A stretch of DNA of 64,000 nucleotides from an uncultured Acidimicrobiales bacterium (GCA_902805665.1 CADCTB010000094.1:1960-65959); one strand, 5' to 3'. Numbered from the stretch's first letter, positions 54,384 to 63,922 are shown. The notes: generated from the sequence alone by a model not told the origin. Numbers and translations: made by a program.

Positions 54384-55772
54384 TCACGCTGCGGTACCGC
54401 CGACGGTCATCGCCGCGACACGCAGCGTGGGCTGGCCGGAGGAGACCGGCACGCCCTGGCCGTCCTTGCCGCAGGTTCCCGTCCAGGTGTCGAAGTCGTT
54501 GCCGACGGCGTCGATGGCCCGCAGGACCTCGGGGCCGTTGCCGATGAGGTTGGCCGAGCGGATCGGGTGGGTGATCTCGCCGTTCTCGATCATGTAGGCC
54601 TCGGTGATCCCGAAGACGAAGTCGCCGGTGGCGGTGTTGACCTGACCGCCGCCCAGCTGCACGCAGTAGATGCCGTAGGGGGTCTGGCGGATGATCTCCT
54701 CAGGGTCCTCCTCGCCGGCCAGCACGTAGGTGTTGGTCATGCGGACCATCGGAAGGTGGTGGTAGCTCTGGCGGCGGCCGTTGCCCGACGACGTGCGCCC
54801 CGCCTTGCGGGCCCGGAGGTGGTCCCACATGTAGTCGGTGAGCTCGCCGTTCTCGATGAGGGTGTTGCGCTGGGCCGGGTGGCCCTCGTCGTCGATGGCG
54901 TAGGTGCCCCATTCGCGTGCGTAGGTGCCGTCGTCGACCAGGTTCACGAGGGGACTGGCCACCTGGGTGCCGACCTTGTCGCGGAACACCGACGCGTCGC
55001 GGCCGACGAGGTCGGCCTCGAGCCCGTGGCCGCACGCCTCATGGAACAGGACCCCGCCGGCACCCCGCTTGAGGACCACGGGAAGGGTGCCGCTCGGGGC
55101 CGGTCGGGCCTTGAGCATCACCAGGGCCCGGCGGGCGGCCTCCCGGGCGACGTCGGCCGGGTCGACCTCGTCGAACAGCTCGAACCCGATCGTGCGGCCC
55201 GGCGCCTCGTAGCCCGTCTGCATGCCGGTGTCGCCCGAGGCCACGCAGCTGACCATGAGCCGGGTGCGGACCTGGTCGTCGGTGGTCAGCAGCCCGTCGC
55301 TGTTGGCCACCATGATCTTCCGGTGGCTGTCGCCGTAGGTGGCCCCCACCTGCTTGATGGCGCCGCCCGACGCCCGGGCCGCCTCGTCGGCCTTGAGCAG
55401 GAGCTCGGCCTTGCGGGCCTTGGGGACGTCGTCCGGGAGGATCTGGACCTCGTGGGTCTGCGGGTTCTCCTGGCGGGTGAGGGCGACCTCGCGAACTCCG
55501 CCTCCTCCGCCACGGGCCGCCGCGCCTGCAGCCTCGGCGGCGCCCCGCAGGCCCTCCTCGGTGAGGTCGGACGTGTGGGCGAAGCCGGTGGTGTCGCCCC
55601 GGACGACGCGGATGCCGGCCCCCCGGTCGCGGCCCGAGGTCAGCTCCTCGATCTTGCCGTCGTCCATCCGCGCCGACGACGCCCTGCGGTCCTCGGCGAA
55701 CACCTCGGCGAAGTCGCCGCCGGTGCGGAGTGCGGCGGTCAGGACCCGCTGGACGACAGCCTCATCGATCAT
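54384..55772 (-). CDS. tldD: TldD-family metalloprotease subunit
   Basis: 462 aa. HEACGHGLE zinc motif and a C-terminal TGDFVFG...GTCGKDGQ. Confidence 0.85.
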   Translation of the reverse strand: MIDEAVVQRVLTAALRTGGDFAEVFAEDRRASSARMDDGKIEELTSGRDRGAGIRVVRGDTTGFAHTSDLTEEGLRGAAEAAGAAARGGGGGVREVALTRQENPQTHEVQILPDDVPKARKAELLLKADEAARASGGAIKQVGATYGDSHRKIMVANSDGLLTTDDQVRTRLMVSCVASGDTGMQTGYEAPGRTIGFELFDEVDPADVAREAARRALVMLKARPAPSGTLPVVLKRGAGGVLFHEACGHGLEADLVGRDASVFRDKVGTQVASPLVNLVDDGTYAREWGTYAIDDEGHPAQRNTLIENGELTDYMWDHLRARKAGRTSSGNGRRQSYHHLPMVRMTNTYVLAGEEDPEEIIRQTPYGIYCVQLGGGQVNTATGDFVFGITEAYMIENGEITHPIRSANLIGNGPEVLRAIDAVGNDFDTWTGTCGKDGQGVPVSSGQPTLRVAAMTVGGTAA

Positions 55773-55842
55773 CAGGCGATGGTACCGGGGCGCCTGTCCT
55801 TACCCTCGCTCAGATTCTCCTGGTCGCTTCGCTCGCCGGCCC

Positions 55843-56745
55843 TCAAGGGCCTCCCGGCAGGGGCCTCCGCTCCGCTTCGGCAGGGCCGGCAGGCCCGGCC
55901 GGCGTGCTCCACTCATGTACGCGGTCGAGGAAGCCGGACAGGGCCTCCCACCAGGCCTCGGGCTGCTCGAGCTGGGGGACGTGGCCGGCGCCCCCGATCA
56001 TCGTCAGCGTGGCGCCCGGGATGGTGGCGGCGATGCGGCGGCAGTCGTCGAGCATGGTCGAGTCGAGCTCGCCCACGATCACGGCGGTGGGGACGTCGAC
56101 CTTGGCCAGCCGGTCGAGCCGGTCCTCCTGGGCCACGAAGCGGGGGGCGAGGGCCATCCACATGTCCTGCGACGTCGCTTCCAGCCGGGCCCGGGACTCC
56201 TCGGCATAGTCCGGACGGGCCTCCTGGAGGCGCTCGAAGGCGGCGATGGAGTCCGGGTTCTCGGCTCGGCGGGCGGCCATCGCCTCGGCCAGCCCCGTCA
56301 TCCCCGACTCCCGCACCACCCAACGGCCCAGGTCCACCAGATCCATGGTGATCCCCGGGACCGGCCCGTGGAAGGTGCTGGCCAGGACCAGGGCGGTCAG
56401 CCGCTCCGGACTGTCGAGGGCCACGAGCTGGGCCACCGCCCCGCCCATGGAGTGTCCGACGAGAGCGAACCGGTCCCAACCCAGGTGGTCGGCCAGGGCC
56501 AGCATGTCGGCCGCCATGAGCTCGAAGCTGTAGGCGTCCGGGTCGGTCGGGCGGTCACTGGCGCCGTGGCCACGCAGATCGGGCGCCACGGCGTGCCAGC
56601 CCCGCTCGGCCAGGGGCTCGAGGACGTCAGCCACCTCGGCGCTGTCCGCGGTGAAGCCGTGGACCAGGAGCACCGGCCGGCCGGCTTCGCCGGCGTCGCA
56701 GACCTCGAGGGAGACGTCGCCCAGGTGGACGGTACGTGTGCGCAT
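55843..56745 (-). CDS. Alpha/beta-fold hydrolase
   Basis: LLVHGF oxyanion region and nucleophile elbow GHSMGG, with a C-terminal GAGHVPQLE His block. Confidence 0.8.
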   Translation of the reverse strand: MRTRTVHLGDVSLEVCDAGEAGRPVLLVHGFTADSAEVADVLEPLAERGWHAVAPDLRGHGASDRPTDPDAYSFELMAADMLALADHLGWDRFALVGHSMGGAVAQLVALDSPERLTALVLASTFHGPVPGITMDLVDLGRWVVRESGMTGLAEAMAARRAENPDSIAAFERLQEARPDYAEESRARLEATSQDMWMALAPRFVAQEDRLDRLAKVDVPTAVIVGELDSTMLDDCRRIAATIPGATLTMIGGAGHVPQLEQPEAWWEALSGFLDRVHEWSTPAGPAGPAEAERRPLPGGP

Positions 56746-56778
56746 CGGGCGGGCAGGTTACCCAGAGGCAAACATGAG

Positions 56779-57771
56779 ATGCCGAACCTCGCCCGGGCGC
56801 GTAGTCTGGACTTCGTGGGAGGGAGGAGCAGGGCGCGGCTGTTACTCGGGCTGCGGGTGGTGGCCAGCGCGGCGATGCTGGCCCTCCTGGTGCCGCGGAT
56901 CCACCTCGCCTCGCTGTTCCCGAGCCGCCAGCTGTCCACGCTCGGATGGTTGGTCGGCGGCCTGGTGGTCTACACCCTTGCCGTCTTCCTCTCGACGGTG
57001 CGGTGGGGGCAGGTCCTCCACGCCCTGGACATCCCCTCCGACCTGCCGCCGCTGGTCTCCCACACCCTGGCCGGCATGTTCGTGTCCAACTTCCTGCCCA
57101 GCACCGTGGGAGGCGACGTCCTACGGGTGGCCCGTCTGGCCGCCGTCAACGGCCAGCGCCACACCTCGGTGGCCTCCGTGGTGGTCGAGCGCCTCACCGG
57201 GTTCCTGGTGCTGCCGTTCATCACCCTGGTCGCCCTGGTCGGCAACCCCACCCTGCTCAACCTGGGGCGGGCCAGCCGGCTGAGCCTGACCCTGGCCCTG
57301 GGCACCCTGGCCGCCCTGGCCGCCATCCTCCTCCTGGTCTCCAGCCCCAAAGTGGGGGAGCGGTTCGCCGGCCGGTCGTGGCTCGGGTTCGTGGCCGCCG
57401 TGCATCTCGGACTCGCCCGCCTGCGCCGCGACCCGGGTGCCGCGCTCGGCGTGCTGGTCAGCGCCCTGGCCTACCAGCTGACCATGGTCGCCGGGGCGTG
57501 GATGGCCGGCCACGCCATGGGCATCGAAGTCGGCTGGTCGGCGATGATGGCCTTCATCCCCATCGTCGCCATCGCCCAGGTCCTGCCCCTCTCGGTCAGC
57601 GGCCTCGGACTGCGGGAGGGCGCGCTCGTCCTGCTCCTCGTGCCCCTCGGGGTGACCAGCGGCCAGGCAGTGGCGTTCGGCCTGTTGCTCTACGGCATGA
57701 ACATGGTGGTCAGCCTGCTCGGCGCCCCCGCCTTCGCCGTGGGCCCCCGGCCCGCCCGCGTCGTCGTTTGA
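56779..57771 (+). CDS. Flippase-like / lysylphosphatidylglycerol-synthase TM-region (UPF0104) membrane protein
   Basis: Start at ATG 56779 inside an 810-aa artefact ORF. Multi-pass; NFLPSTVGGDVLRV is typical of the family. Confidence 0.7.
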   Translation: MPNLARARSLDFVGGRSRARLLLGLRVVASAAMLALLVPRIHLASLFPSRQLSTLGWLVGGLVVYTLAVFLSTVRWGQVLHALDIPSDLPPLVSHTLAGMFVSNFLPSTVGGDVLRVARLAAVNGQRHTSVASVVVERLTGFLVLPFITLVALVGNPTLLNLGRASRLSLTLALGTLAALAAILLLVSSPKVGERFAGRSWLGFVAAVHLGLARLRRDPGAALGVLVSALAYQLTMVAGAWMAGHAMGIEVGWSAMMAFIPIVAIAQVLPLSVSGLGLREGALVLLLVPLGVTSGQAVAFGLLLYGMNMVVSLLGAPAFAVGPRPARVVV

Positions 57772-57839
57772 GCTGCCACCTGCGCAGCGACCCAAAGGCT
57801 TTGAGCTGCCACCTGCGCAGCGACCAGAGGCATTGAGCG
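57768..57839. repeat. 33-bp tandem direct repeat, 2 copies plus a 6-nt restart (TTGAGCTGCCACCTGCGCAGCGACC...)
   Basis: Copy 1 is 57768-57800, copy 2 is 57801-57833, and a TTGAGC restart follows at 57834-57839. The first 25 nt of the two copies are identical. Each copy contains the palindrome CTGCGCAG and a GCTGC...GCAGC stem. Copy 1 carries the stop of the upstream gene. The TTG start of the next gene spans the copy 2 / restart junction (57833-57835). Confidence 0.85.
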
Positions 57840-58648
57840 AAGCCGGCGTCGAGGACGCGGAGCCGGACACCGAGCCTGAGCCCGAACCTCCAGCGTCACC
57901 CCGGCGATCCCGGCTGCGGTGGTGGAAGGAGGTCCTCTACATCGCCGCCTTCTACGGGGTGTACAGCTTCATCCGCAACACCCAGGGATCGGCAGTCGTC
58001 TCCGCCGAGCACGCCTTCTCCAACGCCCGGGAGGTGATCCGGGCCGAGCGGGCCCTCGGCCTGTACTTCGAGGAGGCGGTCCAGGAGGCGTTCCTGGACA
58101 CACGGTGGTTCATCCAGTTCTGGAACCTGTTCTACGGCACGTTCCATTTCGTCGTGACGATCGCGGCCCTCGTGCTGCTCTTCCGGCGCTTCCCGGCCCG
58201 CTACCCCCGCTGGCGCAACACCCTGGCCGCCACCACCGGCCTGGCCCTCATCGGCTTCGCCACCTACCCGCTCATGCCCCCCCGGCTGCTGCCGGAGCCC
58301 TATGGCTTCGTCGACACTCTGCGGGTCTTCGGCGGCCTGTGGTCGTTCGAGTCTGGCCCGGTCGCCCAGGTGTCGAACCAGTACGCGGCGATGCCGAGCC
58401 TCCATTTCGCCTGGTCGACGTGGAGCGCGCTGGTCCTATATCCCATGCTGAGCCGGCCGTGGTCCCGGCTGCTGGCCGCCCTGTACCCGGTGGCCACGCT
58501 GTTCGCCATCGTCGTCACGGCCAACCACTTCTGGCTCGACGCGGCGGGCGGGGCGCTGGTCCTGGGCGTGGGGGCTGCAGCCGGCTTCGCCCTGGCCCGG
58601 GCCACCACCCGTCATCCGGTTGATGAGGTGGCTCCGAACCGCGCCTAA
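57833..58648 (+). CDS. PAP2-superfamily (PAP2_C / inositol-phosphorylceramide-synthase-like) membrane protein
   Basis: TTG is the only in-frame start. The motifs PSLHFAW and NHFWLD (HxxxD) are typical of this PAP2 subgroup. Multi-pass. Confidence 0.65.
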   Translation: MSEAGVEDAEPDTEPEPEPPASPRRSRLRWWKEVLYIAAFYGVYSFIRNTQGSAVVSAEHAFSNAREVIRAERALGLYFEEAVQEAFLDTRWFIQFWNLFYGTFHFVVTIAALVLLFRRFPARYPRWRNTLAATTGLALIGFATYPLMPPRLLPEPYGFVDTLRVFGGLWSFESGPVAQVSNQYAAMPSLHFAWSTWSALVLYPMLSRPWSRLLAALYPVATLFAIVVTANHFWLDAAGGALVLGVGAAAGFALARATTRHPVDEVAPNRA

Positions 58649-58679
58649 CCTGACAATTCAGACCCGGGAAGGAGATCTG

Positions 58680-59750
58680 GTGCGAGTCGTACCGGGAATC
58701 GCGATTGCGCCCCCCAGCCTGTCCCGGATCGCCGACCGGGTCGAGACGCGCGTCGCTGGCGTCCTCGACGGCGAGCTGCAGCGGTGGTCGGCGGTCGATC
58801 CCGACCTGGCCGAGCCCCTGGCCGCCCTCCGCGACCTCGTCCTGGCCGGAGGCAAGCGGCTGCGCCCCGCCTTCTGTCACTGGGCCTACGTCGGCGCCGG
58901 TGGCGGGCCGGAGGATGCCGCGGTGATCGACGCCGGCGCGGCACTCGAGCTGCTGCACACCTTCGCCCTGGTGCACGACGACATCATGGACGGCTCGGCC
59001 ACCCGGCGGGGCACCGACACCATCCACGTCCAGTTCGAGGCGGAGCACGCCCTCGACGGCTGGCGGGGCGAGGCCCGGCGCTTCGGTGAGGGGGTCGCCA
59101 TCCTGGTCGGCGACCTGGCGTTCGTCTACGCCGACCACCTGCTGGCAGGCGCCCCGCCTGCCGCCCACCAGGTGTTCACCGAGCTGCGGCTCGAGGTCAA
59201 CGTCGGCCAGTACCTCGACCTGCTGGGCACCGCCCGCGGCCGGGTGACGGAGTGCACGGCCCGGCGCATCTCCCGCTTCAAGTCGGGGAAGTACACCGTC
59301 GAGCGCCCCCTGCACCTGGGCGCGGCCCTGGCCGGGCGCCTCGACGACCTTGCCGCCCCCCTCTCGGGCTACGGGCTGCCCCTCGGCGAGGCCTTCCAGC
59401 TGCGCGACGACCTGCTGGGCGTCTTCGGCGACGCCGACGTCACCGGCAAGCCGGTGGGGGAGGACCTCCGAGAGGGCAAGCCCACCCTGCTGTTCGCCAT
59501 GGCCGTGGAGCAGGCTTCTGGCGCCGACGCGGCCGTGCTGGCCCGCTACGGCGCCCCCGACCTCGACGAGGACGACGTGGCCGCCCTGCAGGACGTGCTG
59601 CTCACGTCGGGCGCGGTGGAGACCGTCGAGGGGAACATCGACCGGCTGGTGGCCGAGGCCGTCCAGGCCCTCGACAACGCCGCCCTTGAAGAAGCCGCCC
59701 GCCAGGCCCTCGTGGAGCTCGCCTATTACGTCGCCGGCCGCGACCGGTGA
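58680..59750 (+). CDS. crtE: Polyprenyl (geranylgeranyl) diphosphate synthase
   Basis: GTG 58680, 5 nt after GGAG. First Asp-rich motif LVHDDIMD and second FQLRDDLLG. Confidence 0.85.
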   Translation: MRVVPGIAIAPPSLSRIADRVETRVAGVLDGELQRWSAVDPDLAEPLAALRDLVLAGGKRLRPAFCHWAYVGAGGGPEDAAVIDAGAALELLHTFALVHDDIMDGSATRRGTDTIHVQFEAEHALDGWRGEARRFGEGVAILVGDLAFVYADHLLAGAPPAAHQVFTELRLEVNVGQYLDLLGTARGRVTECTARRISRFKSGKYTVERPLHLGAALAGRLDDLAAPLSGYGLPLGEAFQLRDDLLGVFGDADVTGKPVGEDLREGKPTLLFAMAVEQASGADAAVLARYGAPDLDEDDVAALQDVLLTSGAVETVEGNIDRLVAEAVQALDNAALEEAARQALVELAYYVAGRDR

Positions 59751-61219
59751 AGGTCGTCGTCGTCGGAGCCGGGCTGGGTGGGCTCTCCGCGGCGTGTCAC
59801 CTGGTCGGGAGGGGCCACGACGTCGAGGTCCTCGAGCGGGCCGACGTGCCCGGTGGGCGGGCCGGGCTGTGGGAGACCGACGGATACCGGTTCGACACCG
59901 GTCCCAGCGTCCTGACCATGAAGGGCATCCTGGCCGACGCCTTCGCCGCGGCCGGGGCGGAGATGGACAGCCACCTCACCCTGAAGCCGGTCGACCCCAT
60001 GTACCGGGCCTGCTTCGCCGACGGCTCGGCCATCCACGTGCGCCACGGCCGGGAGGCCATGGTCGAGGAGATTCGCGGGACGGCGGGGGCGGCAGAGGCG
60101 GCCGGGTTCGTCCGCTTCTGCGACTACCTCACCGACCTCTACAAGCTGGAGCTGCCCCACTTCATCGACCGCAACTTCGACAACGTCCTCGACATCGCCA
60201 TGCCGCCCTGGCCTCTCTTCACCCTGGTGAAGATGGGCGGGCTGCGCAAGCTGTCGAATGTCGTGGCCGACTACTTCTCCGACCCCCGCCTGCAGAAGCT
60301 GTTCTCCTTCCAGGCCATGTACGCCGGCCTGTCGCCCTTCGAGGCCCTGGCCATCTACTGCGTCATCACCTACATGGACACGGTGGAGGGCGTCTACTTC
60401 CCCGAGGGCGGCATGCACGCCATCCCCCGGGCGCTGGCCGAGGTGGCCGAGAAGGCGGGGGCGTCGTTCACCTACAACACCACGGTCGACGGTGTGGTGC
60501 GCACGACCGACGGCAAGGTGAGCGGGGTTCGCCTGGAGGGCGGCGACGTGATCCGAGCCGACGCCGTCGTCCTCAACCCCGACCTGCCCGTGGCGTACCG
60601 GGAGCTGCTGCCCGGCGTGCCCATGCCCCGGGTGGCCCGCAAGGGCAACTACTCGCCCTCGTGCGCGGTGTGGCTGGCCGGGGTGAAGGGCCACCTGCCC
60701 AGGGGCGCCACCCACCACAACATCCACTTCGGCGCCGAGTGGGAGGGGGCGTTCGACGCCCTGCTGAAGCAGGGTGTGGTCATGCCCGACCCCTCCATGC
60801 TCGTCACCAGCCCCACGGCGTCGGACCCCTCGCTGGCCCCCGAGGGCCGCATCTCCCTCTACGTCCTCGAGCCGACGCCCAACCTCGACGGCAAGGTCGA
60901 CTGGACCAGTGAGCGCGAGCGCCTGCGGGAGCGGCTCATAGGCCGGGTGGCGTCGATGGGCTACCCCACGGTGGAGGTCGACGTGGAGCGCTTCCTCGAC
61001 CCCACCGACTGGGAGCGCCAGGGCATGGAGCGGGGCACGCCGTTCGCCCTGGCCCACAACTTCTTCCAGACCGGCCCCTTCCGGCCCAACAACGTCACCA
61101 AGAACGCGCCTGGGGTGGTGTTCGTGGGGTCGGGCACCGTGCCGGGCGTGGGCGTGCCGATGGTGCTGCTCTCGGGCCGGCTGGCCGCCGACCGGGTCGA
61201 CGAGCTGAAGAAGAGGTAG
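59747..61219 (+). CDS. crtI: Phytoene desaturase
   Basis: GTG overlaps the crtE stop (GTGA). VVVVGAGLGGLSAA FAD motif; the C-terminal FVGSGTVPGVGVPMV is typical of CrtI. Confidence 0.9.
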   Translation: MKVVVVGAGLGGLSAACHLVGRGHDVEVLERADVPGGRAGLWETDGYRFDTGPSVLTMKGILADAFAAAGAEMDSHLTLKPVDPMYRACFADGSAIHVRHGREAMVEEIRGTAGAAEAAGFVRFCDYLTDLYKLELPHFIDRNFDNVLDIAMPPWPLFTLVKMGGLRKLSNVVADYFSDPRLQKLFSFQAMYAGLSPFEALAIYCVITYMDTVEGVYFPEGGMHAIPRALAEVAEKAGASFTYNTTVDGVVRTTDGKVSGVRLEGGDVIRADAVVLNPDLPVAYRELLPGVPMPRVARKGNYSPSCAVWLAGVKGHLPRGATHHNIHFGAEWEGAFDALLKQGVVMPDPSMLVTSPTASDPSLAPEGRISLYVLEPTPNLDGKVDWTSERERLRERLIGRVASMGYPTVEVDVERFLDPTDWERQGMERGTPFALAHNFFQTGPFRPNNVTKNAPGVVFVGSGTVPGVGVPMVLLSGRLAADRVDELKKR

Positions 61220-61225
61220 GCGGCC

Positions 61226-62071
61226 ATGGTCACCCTCGAGCAGTCCTACGCCCGCTGCAAGCAGCTCAACCGCCGGTACGGCACGACGTACTACTGGTCC
61301 ACGCACCTCCTGCCCGTGGTCAAGCGACACCACGTCCACGCCCTCTACGGCTTCTGCCGGTATGCCGACGACATCGTCGACGACCTCGGTTCCACCGCAT
61401 CGCCGGCCGAGCGCCAGGCCGCCCTCACCGACTTCGGCGACCGGTTCTTCGTCGACCTCGAACGAGGCACCTCCGACGACGACGTCCTCAAGGCCGTCGT
61501 GCACACGGTCAAGGCGTTCGACATCGACCCCGACTGCTTCCGGCGCTTCCTGCGGTCGATGGCCATGGACTTCACCTCCGAGACGTACGAGACGTTCGAG
61601 GACCTGCTCGACTACATGGACGGCTCGGCTGCCGTCATCGGCGAGATGATGCTCCCGATCCTCGAGCCGACCTCGCCCGACGCCTACGGGCACGCCCGGG
61701 ACCTCGGCGTCGCCTTCCAGCTGTCGAACTTCTGGCGCGACGTCAACGAGGACCTCGACCGGGGCCGGGTCTACGTGCCCCAGGAGGACCTGCGGAAGTT
61801 CGGCGCCGACCCGTGGCTGCGGCGTAACACGCCCGAGTGGCGCGAGCTCATGGCCTTCGAGATCGCCCGCACCCGGCGCTACTACGAGTCGGCCGACCTC
61901 GGCATCCCGATGCTCCCGCCCACGTCGGCCCGCTGCATCCGCGGAGCCCGGATGCTGTACTCCGGCATCCTCACCGAGATCGAGAAGGCGGACTGCGACG
62001 TGTTCACCTCACGGGTGCGGGTCCCCACCTGGAAGAAGCTGGCGGTGGCGTTTCGGATGCTCCGCCCCTGA
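61226..62071 (+). CDS. crtB: Phytoene synthase
   Basis: YCRYADDIVDD and DVNEDLDRGRVYVP Asp-rich motifs of squalene/phytoene synthases. Confidence 0.9.
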   Translation: MVTLEQSYARCKQLNRRYGTTYYWSTHLLPVVKRHHVHALYGFCRYADDIVDDLGSTASPAERQAALTDFGDRFFVDLERGTSDDDVLKAVVHTVKAFDIDPDCFRRFLRSMAMDFTSETYETFEDLLDYMDGSAAVIGEMMLPILEPTSPDAYGHARDLGVAFQLSNFWRDVNEDLDRGRVYVPQEDLRKFGADPWLRRNTPEWRELMAFEIARTRRYYESADLGIPMLPPTSARCIRGARMLYSGILTEIEKADCDVFTSRVRVPTWKKLAVAFRMLRP

Positions 62072-62835
62072 AACGGACACGCCGGCTCCTCGTCATCCTG
62101 TTGCTGGTCGACGCCGTCGTGCTGTCGGGCGGGCTGTTCCTGGTCGCCGGGCGCTACTGGTCGGGCGACATCGACCTCGACGAGGCGCTGGTCCGCTTCC
62201 GCGCCACCGGAGTGGCGGCCACCACGGCCGACGCTCTCCCGGGCCTGCCCGCGCCCGGGGTCTACCGGTACGCCACGACCGGTGGCGAGTGGGTGTCGCT
62301 GTTCGACACCTACCGGGAGTACAGCTCGACGACCACCCGCATCGTCACCCGGCACGGCTGCGGAGTGCGTGAGGAGCAGTTCTTCGTCACCCAGCACCTC
62401 GAGTACTACGACCGGTGCGGCTCGGCCCTCGTGACCTACGGCACCGACGTCGCCTACTGGTGGACCCACGGCACCCAGGACTTCGAGTGCCAGGGGGGAT
62501 CGTTCGACATGGCCGGCAAGCGCCCCGGCGACCGGGTGGAGTGGGACTGCTCCGACGAGGACACCCGGGCCCACCAGATCACCGAGTACATCGGCGACGA
62601 GACGGTGGAGGTGGAGGGCGTCCTCCTGCCGGCCCGCCACACCCGGTGGACCACGCTGTTCTCGGGCGCCACGATCGGCGGTGCGCTGGTCGACGACTGG
62701 TTCGACCCCTCCACCGGCCTCCTGCTGAGGGAGACCCGTGACATCGCCCTCCAGGTGGGCTCCCAGTTCGTCGGCCGCCTCGACTACACCGACAAGTCGG
62801 CCTACACCCTGCTCTCGGTGACGCCCGCGCGCTGA
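62068..62835 (+). CDS. Hypothetical membrane-anchored, Cys-containing protein downstream of crtB (start uncertain)
   Basis: The open frame encodes KRTRRLLVILLLVDAVVLSGGLFLVAG (TM anchor) and then about 220 aa with 4 Cys. There is no ATG, GTG or TTG upstream of the TM helix except far inside crtB. The CTG at 62068 overlaps the crtB stop (CTGA). TTG 62101 would truncate the helix. Confidence 0.45.
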   Translation: MKRTRRLLVILLLVDAVVLSGGLFLVAGRYWSGDIDLDEALVRFRATGVAATTADALPGLPAPGVYRYATTGGEWVSLFDTYREYSSTTTRIVTRHGCGVREEQFFVTQHLEYYDRCGSALVTYGTDVAYWWTHGTQDFECQGGSFDMAGKRPGDRVEWDCSDEDTRAHQITEYIGDETVEVEGVLLPARHTRWTTLFSGATIGGALVDDWFDPSTGLLLRETRDIALQVGSQFVGRLDYTDKSAYTLLSVTPAR

Positions 62836-62836
62836 G

Positions 62837-63238
62837 TCACGGGTGGTTCTCCCGATGGAACAGCTCGAGCTGGATGCGGTCGGGATCCTTGAAGCACAGG
62901 ACCGAGCCGTACTCCCGGTCGACGATCGGGGAGTGGACGACCTCCAGCTTCTCGAACCACAGCTTCCACTCGTCGAGCTCGGCCCGGCTCGCCACTCGTA
63001 GGGCCACGTGGTCGCCGCCGGTGCGGGTCGGGTCGAACTCCTCGCCGCCGTTGGACCGGTGCTGCTGCAGGCACAGGATGACGCCGCTCCCCGGATGGAC
63101 GAGCACCCACTCGTCGTAGCTGTCCTCCCCGATGTCGTCGATCACCTGGAAGCCCAGCACGTCGCCGTACCAGGCCCGGCTGGCGTCGCGGTCCCGTACC
63201 GACAGCGACACGTGGGACAGGCCCTGGAACTCGGGCAT
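62837..63238 (-). CDS. VOC-family (glyoxalase/bleomycin-resistance fold) protein
   Basis: Start at ATG 63238 (MPEFQGLSHVSLSVRD). The pattern GFQV...HVALRV...ELF is typical of the VOC fold. Confidence 0.75.
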   Translation of the reverse strand: MPEFQGLSHVSLSVRDRDASRAWYGDVLGFQVIDDIGEDSYDEWVLVHPGSGVILCLQQHRSNGGEEFDPTRTGGDHVALRVASRAELDEWKLWFEKLEVVHSPIVDREYGSVLCFKDPDRIQLELFHRENHP

Positions 63239-63277
63239 TCCGCTCCTCCTTCCTCCCAAAGGGAGTATCGTCCGGAG

Positions 63278-63922
63278 ATGCCAGCGCCGTCAACCGGAAA
63301 ACTGACCACGTCCTCCTACGCCATCCTCGGCCTGCTGGCCATCCAGCCCTGGACCACCTACGAGCTGGCCAAGCAGATGGCGGTGAGCCTGCGCAACTTC
63401 TGGCCCCGGGCCGAGAGCAAGCTGTACGAGGAGCCCAAGAAGCTGGTGGCGCATGGCCTGGCCGAGGTGCGGACCGATCCGGTGGGCCGGCGCCCGAGGT
63501 CGGTGTACAGCATCACCCCGGCCGGCCGCGCGGCCCTGCAGGCCTGGCTCGACGAGCCCGGCGCGGTCGCCGCCCTCGAGTTCGAGGCACTGGTCAAGGT
63601 GTTCTTCGCCGAGCAGGGGACCAAGGAGCAGCTGGTGGCGAATCTCGAGCGGATCGTCGACGACCAGCGGGCTCGGGTGGTGGTCGACGCCGAGTGGGCC
63701 GGCCGGTACCTCGAGGGTGGCGGGACGTTCCCGGAGCGGCTCGCCGTCCTGAGCCTCGTCGGGCGCCTGCAGGCCGACTTCAACGACATGATCCTCTCCT
63801 GGGCGACGTGGGCTCGGGAGGTCGTCGAAGACTGGCCCGACGACCTGCGGGCCGCGCCCCCTGCACCCGGTGCCTTCGAGGCCGTCGTGGCGCGGGCCAG
63901 GGGTCGCCTCACCCCGGAATGA
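63278..63922 (+). CDS. PadR-family transcriptional regulator
   Basis: Start at ATG 63278. SYAILGLLAIQPWTTYEL...SKLYEEPKKLVAHGL...RSVYSITPAGR is the PadR winged-helix pattern. Divergent from the VOC gene. Confidence 0.8.
   Translation: MPAPSTGKLTTSSYAILGLLAIQPWTTYELAKQMAVSLRNFWPRAESKLYEEPKKLVAHGLAEVRTDPVGRRPRSVYSITPAGRAALQAWLDEPGAVAALEFEALVKVFFAEQGTKEQLVANLERIVDDQRARVVVDAEWAGRYLEGGGTFPERLAVLSLVGRLQADFNDMILSWATWAREVVEDWPDDLRAAPPAPGAFEAVVARARGRLTPE

Noticed and set aside
55339-57771. 810-aa plus-strand ORF
   Set aside because: The N-terminal two-thirds is antisense to tldD and the alpha/beta hydrolase. The real gene is the flippase-like protein starting at 56779.
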